NCBI GenBank assembly: GCA_035543095.1
Contig: DATKKB010000076.1
Location: 10,338 to 74,337 of the forward strand
From: Anaerolineaceae bacterium
GTDB lineage: Bacteria > Chloroflexota > Anaerolineae > Anaerolineales > Anaerolineaceae
Direction: 5' to 3'
DNA length: 64,000 nucleotides
Every line of letters starts with the position of its first letter. Within the stretch, counting starts at the first letter, position 1. Of the stretch, positions 29,447 through 37,631 are shown piece after piece. A program made the translations under genes and the position numbers. The notes beneath the pieces were generated by a model that was not told the origin of the DNA, made no database searches, and was given only the letters and a program-made list of their open reading frames with translations.

Positions 29447-31759
29447 TTATTCAATTAATTGATCAGGGCTGGCGCGCATAAAGTAAGATCGAAATGCGGC
29501 CGTTTCTTGTAACAGGGCAATTAATTCTGATTCAATTTTAACCAAATTGATCTGGTTTTTCGAGCCTCCCTGGACCAGTGAAAAGACCATTTCCGGCTCT
29601 TCTGTGTATTGAATTTCGCCCTGGGCCGTCCACCACTCGATGCCTTTTCGAACGGTCGTTTCGCGCTGCGCGGTCGACGCTGCCAGATCCTGGATCGAGA
29701 CCTGGCCCTGGCGTTTATTGATTGCGAACCGGACCAGGCCTGCCAGGCGAGTCAGGAATTCCCCTGGCTTATCCTTTGCGGATAGGATCCCGAAAAAAGC
29801 AACCCGGGCCGGTTGAGCAACAGACAGGATGCCGCGCAGCTCCGATAAGCCGGGCGGAATGTTCCATAATGCCAGCGTGCTGGCCAACCGGAGATGAAAC
29901 CGGTCCAATCCGGAAACACTGTAGAGCCTTTCGCCCTCCTGCCAGATCAGAGTGTCGCTCGATTTTACAAGCTGTTCCAGCACTTTTGCCGGTTCTGCGT
30001 CATTTCTAAAATCTAAAAGCTCGACCTGTGGGCGGCTGGAGCGGATTTTCGTTTCTTCCTGGATCGGGCGGGCGTGGACCCATTCGATTTGAATGCTGCG
30101 CTCGCCGCGATAATTACTGGCGCGTACCGAATAAGCCAGGTCAAAACGCTCTTCGGGTAAGGGAAAGCCTGCGCCCTGCCACCAGATCACTTTACGGGTG
30201 GCGCCGGTTGGATCCTCGACTATAAGCTGCAAGTGCTCTCCGCCTTTGCCGATGGGAGAGAAGCTGCGCAAGACCAAATTGCGCGTAGCCAATATAAGCG
30301 ATGGGTTGCCAGGTCCAAACGGCGCCAGGCGGTCGAGCGTCTCAACCAGCTCCATGGTCAGGCTCTCCAGCGGAAGGTAGGCGTCGATGGCAATCTGGTG
30401 AAAGCCTGGCATTTCTTGAGTTGTGGATTTCACAGCGCTGATGATGCCCGCCCGGAATTTTGGAATCTTATCGGATTCGATTGAGAATCCTGCCGCCATT
30501 GGATGCCCGCCGTAAGTGATCAGCAGATCTTGGGTACTTTCAAGGGCGGCGGTGATATCGATGCCTTCAACCGACCGGGCCGACCCTCGCCCCGGCAAGT
30601 CAGGCGGGTTGGCAATTAAAATGGTCGGGCGGTTGTACAGCTCGACCAGCCGGCTGGCGGCAATGCCGATCACGCCGGCCGGCCAGTTTGGATGGCTTAG
30701 AACCAGAACGGGATTGGACAGCAGAGTGGGATCACCATCCAATTGCGATTGGGCTGCCTGGAATACCTGGTCGCACAGCAGTTTACGTTGAGTGTTCAAG
30801 GCTTCAATTTGCAGGGACAGGTTTCTGGCCTCACCGATGTCGCGGCTCAATAAGAACGGAACAGCCGGGTTAGCGTCCGAAAGGCGTCCAAGCGCATTCA
30901 AGCGCGGCGCCAGGATAAAGCTGATGTGCTCCTCGGTCAATTGCGTGTAGTTAATTGCAGCCTGCTCCAGGATTGCCTGGATTGCCGGCCTGGGATGGCT
31001 GCGGATTAGCCTGACCCCGCGTTGAACGAAAAACCGGTTTTCGCCGGTCAGTCTTGCCAGATCGGCGATTGTCCCAAGTGCAACCAGGTCCTGGTATTCC
31101 AGAGCCTCCTGGGGTTGCTGGTAATAATCGAAGAGACCCTCGACCAGCTTATAGGCGCATCCCACTCCGCACAATGGGTTCAAAGGATGTGAAACGGGTA
31201 ATCGCTGGGGATTCACTACAGCCAGTGCATTAGGCAGCTCCGGCGGCAGGGTATGGTGATCGGTAATCACAACGTCGATACCTTGCCCTTGGGCGTACTC
31301 GACTTCCAAGTGCGCAGAAATGCCTGTATCGCAGGTCAGTAACAGCCTGACACCTTTATCAACAAACGCCTGCAATCCGCCGATCGTTATCCCGTGCGAT
31401 TCTCTCGCTCTGACGGGGATGTAATAAGATACATTTGCACCCAGTTTATTCAATGCTGCATACAGCACTGCCGTGGCGGTCTGTCCGTCGACGTCGAAAT
31501 CGCCCCAGATGCCGATGTGTTCTCCAGTTGATATTGCTTTTGCCAATCGCTCGACGGCTTGCTCCATATCCGGCATTTCCGTTGCCGGTGCAGGAAGGTA
31601 TTTATTGGGATCCAAAAATGCCTTGGCTTGCTCGCTCGTTGCGATGCCGCGGCGCGCCAAAGCCTCTGCCAGCATTCGGTCGTCCCCGGCAAGCTGGAGC
31701 AGGGATGGCGCGACTTCAACCGGTTCAGGCTCTCGCCATATTATCTCTTCCGCCCTCAA
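29447..31759 (-). CDS. recJ: single-stranded-DNA-specific 5'-3' exonuclease RecJ (long form, 770 aa)
   Basis: DHH-family motifs GDFDVDGQT, LLTCDTG and VITDHH, plus the DHHA1 motif GGHPMAAG. The TTG start overlaps the upstream stop (TTGA). Confidence 0.9.
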   Translation of the reverse strand: MRAEEIIWREPEPVEVAPSLLQLAGDDRMLAEALARRGIATSEQAKAFLDPNKYLPAPATEMPDMEQAVERLAKAISTGEHIGIWGDFDVDGQTATAVLYAALNKLGANVSYYIPVRARESHGITIGGLQAFVDKGVRLLLTCDTGISAHLEVEYAQGQGIDVVITDHHTLPPELPNALAVVNPQRLPVSHPLNPLCGVGCAYKLVEGLFDYYQQPQEALEYQDLVALGTIADLARLTGENRFFVQRGVRLIRSHPRPAIQAILEQAAINYTQLTEEHISFILAPRLNALGRLSDANPAVPFLLSRDIGEARNLSLQIEALNTQRKLLCDQVFQAAQSQLDGDPTLLSNPVLVLSHPNWPAGVIGIAASRLVELYNRPTILIANPPDLPGRGSARSVEGIDITAALESTQDLLITYGGHPMAAGFSIESDKIPKFRAGIISAVKSTTQEMPGFHQIAIDAYLPLESLTMELVETLDRLAPFGPGNPSLILATRNLVLRSFSPIGKGGEHLQLIVEDPTGATRKVIWWQGAGFPLPEERFDLAYSVRASNYRGERSIQIEWVHARPIQEETKIRSSRPQVELLDFRNDAEPAKVLEQLVKSSDTLIWQEGERLYSVSGLDRFHLRLASTLALWNIPPGLSELRGILSVAQPARVAFFGILSAKDKPGEFLTRLAGLVRFAINKRQGQVSIQDLAASTAQRETTVRKGIEWWTAQGEIQYTEEPEMVFSLVQGGSKNQINLVKIESELIALLQETAAFRSYFMRASPDQLIE

Positions 31760-32610
31760 AATTCGATCTCCCCAATTTGCTCGAACCCCTGGTCCGTGTC
31801 CGGAAACACTGCGGCTTCCTGTTCATCTTCCTGGTCTGATGCAGAGCCTGCCTTCTCGCCGCGATCGCACAGGGATCGAAAATTGCAGAAAAGACATTTT
31901 TTCACGTCTGGCGTGAGGGTAAAGCGACCTGGCTCGTGTTGCGCGATTTCCTGGATCAATTCCTCCAGGTGTGCCTTATCTTCAACGTACATCTTTTCAT
32001 TATATTTGAAGGTTTCCGGCTCTGATGGAGCTTCGGCAAACCAGTACACCATTTCAACCTGTTCGGGCGCCAGAATCTGGCCTCCGTTCAGGTACGCGCC
32101 TGCTGCGACGAGCAGGTAACGGTACACTCGCGTTTGCAAGCGAGTCTTTAAAGCATTCCGGGCGGGTTTGCGAGCTGAGGTTTTCCAATCCACAATCACG
32201 GCTCTCTTCCCGGGCTCGATCGCAATTAGATCAAATTGAGCCGCAATCCGGTACCCTGCCAGAGGCGCCGATAGATAAATTTCGGCCCAACGACTGGAGG
32301 GCAGGCTTGCCAGCGGTTCAGCCTGCAAAAAATTGTCCCACCAGTGGCTCACATCTGTATCCGGCAAGGTCTCCCGGATCTGCTCCGCCTCGATCCCAGC
32401 CACGTATTGTTGGACCATCTGGTGGAACTGCCTCCCGGCTTCAATCCGTTGTTCTTGCTCGATGACGGGCTCGCTATCCAGGGCCGGCCATTCAAGGCGC
32501 TGAATATAGCGCAGCTCGAACCGCCGCGGGCAGTCGAGGTAATCCTGCAAATTGTTCTGGCTGAAATGAAAATCAGGTTTCAAGCCCATCGTCGTCCGGT
32601 TTTCGCTCAT
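31756..32610 (-). CDS. stand-alone PD-(D/E)XK nuclease with a Cas4/AddB-type four-Cys cluster
   Basis: 284 aa. The N-terminal Cys lies in LQDYLDCPRRFELRY. The catalytic core is FDLIAIEPGKRAVIVDWKT (D...D-x-K). QTRVY gives QxxxY. The C-terminus has CLFCNFRSLC (CX2CX5C). Confidence 0.8.
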   Translation of the reverse strand: MSENRTTMGLKPDFHFSQNNLQDYLDCPRRFELRYIQRLEWPALDSEPVIEQEQRIEAGRQFHQMVQQYVAGIEAEQIRETLPDTDVSHWWDNFLQAEPLASLPSSRWAEIYLSAPLAGYRIAAQFDLIAIEPGKRAVIVDWKTSARKPARNALKTRLQTRVYRYLLVAAGAYLNGGQILAPEQVEMVYWFAEAPSEPETFKYNEKMYVEDKAHLEELIQEIAQHEPGRFTLTPDVKKCLFCNFRSLCDRGEKAGSASDQEDEQEAAVFPDTDQGFEQIGEIEF

Positions 32611-34851
32611 TTATACACCCACCTGGTCGATTTCATCCTTCCAAAATTCGCATAGGTGTTGAAAAGCCAGGGCAGGATGAAGGTCATTATTGCGGCCTGA
32701 ATTCCAGGATATGTGCAGCTCTCGCTTGGCGCGCGTGATGCCGACGAACAGTAATCTCAAACGCTCACGGGCATAATCCAGTCTGGCTTCGCGCGTTGCA
32801 AAACCCGGCTCCAGGTTGATACCGGCCAGATCCTTTGCCATCAGCGCCTTCAATTGGGACAGAGTCTCCGCTTCCAGATTCAGTCTGCCGCGGATGTACC
32901 ATTTTTCCGCAATGTAATGGTCCCCATCCTCGCCAGCAGGAAAGTCATAGTTATTTGCGGAGAGCAGGTAGACTCGATCCCATTCCAGCCCTTTCGCTTT
33001 GTGAAGCGTGGCAATCACAACTTTTCCCTTATGCTGCTCCGGGTCGAAACCCTGGTCTTCCTCTCCGAACCCCAGGAACTTCCGCTCGTTGCGGATGATC
33101 GTTTGGAGCTCCTCATTAAATTCCGGCAGGTGCCATTCTGGATGAGCCCTGGCCGCCTGTTCCAGCGACACGGCCAATTTGTGCGCCAGGGCCAGGTCGG
33201 ACGGCCGCTCGAAAACGTCTTGCGCAATGGTGATGATGAGCTGGTCAATCGGCAGCAGGGTTGCCTGCTCCCAGGACTTAATTTGAGTGCGAAAGTCCCC
33301 TAAAAGGTACAGCAGGGTCGCCGAAGTCCCTCCGGCTCGTAAACCTGCCAGATAATCGCGGCCGGCCAAAGGCCACAGAAATTCCTCAACCCTCTGGCAT
33401 TTACGCAGCAGGCTGGCGCCTTCCAAGATCAGGTCTATTTTTTGCAGGTCCTCTTCTTTTTGATGGAGATTGCGGAAAGCATTCGTCAATTTGGCGATCG
33501 AAGTGGGGTCCGAAAGATATTGAAGAATGCTTGAGATCAAGTTGATAGCCTGACGGGTCGAGCTGGTGCTGTTTAACAGCTCGACCGGCTGGATGCCTAT
33601 TTTCTTGAGCTCTACCGCAATTTCTGAGCCGCGCTTGTTGCGTGGATCCAGGACGGCGATCGTTTCCTCAGGGTGGTCGGGCAGCCAGCGTTTGATTGAA
33701 TTTACGACAGCCTGTACTTCATCAGACGGCGTGAAGCTACGTTCGGACAGCACCAGCGCCCGCGGGTTATCTTTCGGATTGGGCTGTGAATCTCCATAAA
33801 GGGTGGGTTCGATCAACGGCTCGGTCAATGCGTTCCGCAGAGCTTCATTCGGGTGTTCGAATTCGGTCCAGCGGATCAGCTCGTTGGCCAACCGGATAAT
33901 GGAATGCGTCGAGCGGCCTGATTGCGGTAGCGGCAGGCTGAGCACGCCTGGGTTTTGCAGGAACTGTTTAAGATATTCTGGGCTGGCAGTCGTGAAAGTC
34001 TCGTAAATCGCCTGGTTTGGATCGCCTACTCGCACCCAGTTGCCGTCCTCGCCTGCCAGCAGCCGCAGGATTTCTTCCTGCAGGCGGCTTGAATCCTGCG
34101 CTTCGTCTTCGAGGATATATGGCCAGCGCCTTTTAAGCCTTTGCAGGTATTCCGGGTCCGTTTGCAGCGATTGCAGGGCGTACCGGATCAAGTCGTCGAA
34201 ATCCAGCGCGCTGCGATAATTGAGCGCCCTCTGGTAGCTGGCATAGATCTCGATCCCCATCTCGAGCAAGGGGTAATATGACCGGAGTGCCAATAATTGA
34301 GTTTGAAGCGCATCCGGCGCAACCTGGTAGTCTTTTGCCAGCCGGATGAAGCTTTTTGCCAGTGAAACGACCAGCAGCGGCCAGTCTTTGCGGGCAGAAT
34401 TGATCCGGTATGGTTCCAGGTCGGGATCGGTCAGCATGTCGAGCACATCCGGCCGCGTCCGCAGCCAGGCCAGGGCCGCGTCTCTGAGGATCTCGTCCGA
34501 ATCGCGTTCGTCTGCAATTACGAACCGGTCCGAAAGTCCGGCCAGATCGGGTCGTTCGCGCACAATGTCGTAAGCCAGGCCATGCAAAGTCCGCACCCGG
34601 TAGCCGAATTGGGCAGGCAGTCCTTTGCTTTTCATTTCTACGTCGATCCTGCGCCCGAAATTATCGACAGCCGAATTGACCAGCGTGACGATCAGAACTT
34701 CCTGGTCATCGTCCAACAATCCTCCGGATACCAGCCCGGCTGCCATGCTGGAAAGCGTCTGGGTTTTACCGCTCCCGGGCACGGCCGAAACGCCCATCCA
34801 GCCGTGGTTGTACTCGAGGATACGCTCCTGGTGCGGCCTGGGCCTAAACAT
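32611..34851 (-). CDS. UvrD/Rep-type SF1A DNA helicase (no nuclease domain)
   Basis: Walker A AVPGSGKTQT, Walker B ILEDEAQD, motif III VGDPNQAIY, motif V TLHKAKGLEWD and motif VI VGITRAKREL. The protein ends about 30 aa after motif VI. The start is placed at the ATG at 34851, 4 nt after the upstream TAG (the ORF track extends to 34917). Confidence 0.85.
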   Translation of the reverse strand: MFRPRPHQERILEYNHGWMGVSAVPGSGKTQTLSSMAAGLVSGGLLDDDQEVLIVTLVNSAVDNFGRRIDVEMKSKGLPAQFGYRVRTLHGLAYDIVRERPDLAGLSDRFVIADERDSDEILRDAALAWLRTRPDVLDMLTDPDLEPYRINSARKDWPLLVVSLAKSFIRLAKDYQVAPDALQTQLLALRSYYPLLEMGIEIYASYQRALNYRSALDFDDLIRYALQSLQTDPEYLQRLKRRWPYILEDEAQDSSRLQEEILRLLAGEDGNWVRVGDPNQAIYETFTTASPEYLKQFLQNPGVLSLPLPQSGRSTHSIIRLANELIRWTEFEHPNEALRNALTEPLIEPTLYGDSQPNPKDNPRALVLSERSFTPSDEVQAVVNSIKRWLPDHPEETIAVLDPRNKRGSEIAVELKKIGIQPVELLNSTSSTRQAINLISSILQYLSDPTSIAKLTNAFRNLHQKEEDLQKIDLILEGASLLRKCQRVEEFLWPLAGRDYLAGLRAGGTSATLLYLLGDFRTQIKSWEQATLLPIDQLIITIAQDVFERPSDLALAHKLAVSLEQAARAHPEWHLPEFNEELQTIIRNERKFLGFGEEDQGFDPEQHKGKVVIATLHKAKGLEWDRVYLLSANNYDFPAGEDGDHYIAEKWYIRGRLNLEAETLSQLKALMAKDLAGINLEPGFATREARLDYARERLRLLFVGITRAKRELHISWNSGRNNDLHPALAFQHLCEFWKDEIDQVGV

Positions 34852-36952
34852 TTTCGCTCTCCGTTGTAAGCGGGATGCGGCGGAAAATGCTCTGCACTGC
34901 CTGCAGCAGCGGTCCACGCTGGTCGTCTCCCTGCTCGTTCATCCGGTTCGTGAACAAAAAGATGCCCTTCCGGCAGCGTCGTATCAGGCCTGTGGTCAGG
35001 CGGGCCAGGGCGGCCTGGTTAGCTGAAACTTCGTCGGCGTCGGTCCATACCCGCCCCTTGGGCCAGTTACGCGTCAGCACATATGGGTGTGTCAGCGGTT
35101 GGTACAGGCGTTCCCACCAGCCCTGCGATCCCAGGTCCAGCCAGAACTGGTAATCCACCGCCCGGTTAGCCGATAGGAAGGTAAAAGCAGGCGAAATAAA
35201 TACGGCATCCGAAGGCCGTTCCTCCCAATTGACCAGGTATTGGGCTGCCACCACGCCTTCTTCCACCATGCGGATGTATTCCATCCCATGGGATTGTCCG
35301 GCCTTACGGATCGACTCGCCCGTTGCCCAGCGGAATTTCTTAATCGACTCTACTAGCCTGGCCGCGACTGCGGCCGCATCGAAGTTATCGTGGAAGCCAA
35401 ACCCGGGCTGTGAAAGCAGTTCGCCGAACAGGCGGCTGATGAAAATATCCAGCTCCGGAGCCGGGTTGGTTCGGTAGTCTTGCAGCCAATTCCGCAGGCG
35501 TTCAAACTTTTCTCCCAGGGCATACGTGATCCGTTCCTGCTGGTCCGGGAGGATTACGTCGAACGAGCCCATCCCTTCGGCGAGGATTTTTTTGGGCCGG
35601 AAAACGATCTGCGAAAGCAGGTCGGCCCGCACCAGGTCCATTCCGGCGATCGCCTGCATTAAGGCTGTTCTCACATCGTAATGCGTGCAGGTCAGTCCCC
35701 ATTCCGGGTGCGCCAGGCGTGCCAGGGTCAGCAGGCACAGCGTCGCCGGTTCTTCGCGCAGGCTGCGTGAAGGCCGGTGAGAGCGGGTGGGAATGGACCG
35801 CTTCTCGAGGCTGCTCGCCAGCGTAAATCGCAGCGCATCCGAAAGAAATGGGGCCAGGATGCTGATTTCACCCGGCAGCGTACCCTGGTTTTGGACCAGG
35901 TCAGCTACCTGGTCTGCCACCTCCTCCACCATTTCCGGCAGGTAGCGGCTGCCGTTGTACGTGACGGTGTCCCGAATTCCCGGCTCAATTACGGGCGGCG
36001 TAGAATGGACCAGTTTTGCTGTCAATGCCTGCCTGAAATCCTCCAGGGTGCGAGGAACGATATATGATTCTGTAAAAGTAATGACCTCGCTGCAACCGGC
36101 CTGCAGGGCCAAACCGCTCTGCGGATCGGCTCCCAAAAAAGAACGGTAGCCCCCATCGCTGTCATAGATCAACAAGGCCGATTCAAACGACGGCAGCCAC
36201 TGCTGGATAATGTCATGAGCAACTGGAACATCTTCCTCGACATTGTCGTAAATTAAATGGCGGTAAGTCGCCGACAGGTACTCCCTGCACAGGAATGACG
36301 GCCAGAGATCTTTCGCGAAGACCTCATACTGGAGTGAAAAGTCGAGCAAATTGTTTTGCAGGCAAAACTTGCGGAAAAGCGTAGCGCATTCCTGGGCTTC
36401 GTCATAAACATGCTGCTGCGCCGGCTCGCCAACCCAGGCTGCTTTAAGCAGCTCTCCGATGTCGGTGTAAGGAATTCCAATGGCAGCAGCCTTATTCAAG
36501 TTGTCGATGATCTGGCTGAGCAGGCGGTTGCGATCGATCTTGATGCTTTGAAAGTAACCTTTTTCCAGCAAGGGCCTGACCAACTGCGCCAGGTAGTATT
36601 GGGCCGTCTCGAGAGTCAGGAAAGTGGGAGGTTGCCGTTTCTTACCGAATCCCGCCCTTCGGCCAATTAACGGCCAGAACAACGAGATCATGCGCTGCCC
36701 CAATCCTCCCAGCGTTACAATGGTAGGATTTCCGCCAGGCATCCTATCAGGCCGGGCCAGGGCGTCAAAATAAGGCCTGGCCAGCGTGCGCTGCGGAACC
36801 AGGATCAAGATCTGGCTGGCAGGGATACCTGCGTCCACCAGGGCCTGGTATCGTCCGACTCCAGCTGTAGTTTTACCGGTGCTTGCTGGCCCCATCAAGA
36901 ACAAGCGCGCATCGAGAGGAGCCCGGATCACCTGGTCCTGTTCATTACTCAT
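34844..36952 (-). CDS. degenerate SF1 helicase-like protein (AddB/RecC-like candidate)
   Basis: 702 aa. The Walker A is intact (MGPASTGKTT). IYDNVEED stands where DExQD is expected. A weak motif III-like YDSDGGYRSFLGADP is present. I could not find a TxHxxKGxE or TRA motif. Confidence 0.55.
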   Translation of the reverse strand: MSNEQDQVIRAPLDARLFLMGPASTGKTTAGVGRYQALVDAGIPASQILILVPQRTLARPYFDALARPDRMPGGNPTIVTLGGLGQRMISLFWPLIGRRAGFGKKRQPPTFLTLETAQYYLAQLVRPLLEKGYFQSIKIDRNRLLSQIIDNLNKAAAIGIPYTDIGELLKAAWVGEPAQQHVYDEAQECATLFRKFCLQNNLLDFSLQYEVFAKDLWPSFLCREYLSATYRHLIYDNVEEDVPVAHDIIQQWLPSFESALLIYDSDGGYRSFLGADPQSGLALQAGCSEVITFTESYIVPRTLEDFRQALTAKLVHSTPPVIEPGIRDTVTYNGSRYLPEMVEEVADQVADLVQNQGTLPGEISILAPFLSDALRFTLASSLEKRSIPTRSHRPSRSLREEPATLCLLTLARLAHPEWGLTCTHYDVRTALMQAIAGMDLVRADLLSQIVFRPKKILAEGMGSFDVILPDQQERITYALGEKFERLRNWLQDYRTNPAPELDIFISRLFGELLSQPGFGFHDNFDAAAVAARLVESIKKFRWATGESIRKAGQSHGMEYIRMVEEGVVAAQYLVNWEERPSDAVFISPAFTFLSANRAVDYQFWLDLGSQGWWERLYQPLTHPYVLTRNWPKGRVWTDADEVSANQAALARLTTGLIRRCRKGIFLFTNRMNEQGDDQRGPLLQAVQSIFRRIPLTTESENV

Positions 36953-36956
36953 TTGC

Positions 36957-37631
36957 TTATTTTAGTCCAGGATCAGGTCGTGTGCCAGTAATTTTTTTCC
37001 GCGCCTGGGAGACCCCAACGGTCGCAAAATTAAAGCGGTGGTTGCTGACCCAACGGCGTACAGGCGGCAGGCGCATCACTAAGAGAAAAGCCAAAATGCT
37101 CCCATAAAGAAGAGGCTGGCGATAATCTGCCTTGACTGACCAGATGTAATGGATCACTGCTAAAAGGCCGATCAGATAGGAAAGGCGGTGCAGCCGCTGC
37201 CAGTTCTTGCCGAGGCGTTTCATCGAAAGGCGGGTTGAAGTGATTGCGAGTGGAATGATTAACAACAGGGCTGAAAAGCCAACAATGATAAACCGTTTTT
37301 GACCGTAATCAGCCAGGATCCAGCTGATATTTAGCTTGTAATCGATAACAAGGAACGTCAGGAAATGGAGGCACACGTAAAAGAAAGCGTATAACCCGAG
37401 CGCCCGCCTGACTTTTAAAACCTGGCGAAAACCGGTCAGGGTGTTGATCGGCGTGACCGCCAGCGAGAGCAAGATCCAGATGATAGCATATTGGCCGGTG
37501 CGCTGCTCGACGGCCTGGACCGGATTAACAGTTAAATCGGCATTCAGCCAATCGAAGATCAACACTGCCAGCGGAATCAAGGACGCAGCGTGAACGAAAA
37601 GCTGGAAGCGTGAGAAGCGCAGGTATTTCAA
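36957..37631 (-). CDS. msrQ: protein-methionine-sulfoxide reductase heme-binding subunit MsrQ (YedZ)
   Basis: 224 aa, a 6-TM ferric-reductase-like protein with conserved His in the helices (CLHFLTF, AVIHYIW). It overlaps msrP by 4 nt. Confidence 0.8.
   Translation of the reverse strand: MKYLRFSRFQLFVHAASLIPLAVLIFDWLNADLTVNPVQAVEQRTGQYAIIWILLSLAVTPINTLTGFRQVLKVRRALGLYAFFYVCLHFLTFLVIDYKLNISWILADYGQKRFIIVGFSALLLIIPLAITSTRLSMKRLGKNWQRLHRLSYLIGLLAVIHYIWSVKADYRQPLLYGSILAFLLVMRLPPVRRWVSNHRFNFATVGVSQARKKITGTRPDPGLK

Noticed and set aside
31756-32610. The Cas4-like nuclease as evidence of a CRISPR-Cas locus.
   Set aside because: No array and no other cas genes are within 64 kb. It is embedded between a helicase and recJ with overlapping or abutting codons, which fits an AddB-type nuclease role better.
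31756-36952. The helicase-helicase-nuclease trio as a known anti-phage system (Gabija, Hachiman, Nhi-like and similar).
   Set aside because: I see no TOPRIM/OLD ATPase, DUF1837 or other partner domain defining those systems. There are no neighbouring defence or mobile genes, and the module is translationally coupled to recJ inside a housekeeping operon. A defence role cannot be excluded without comparative data, so it is kept as an alternative in the main finding.
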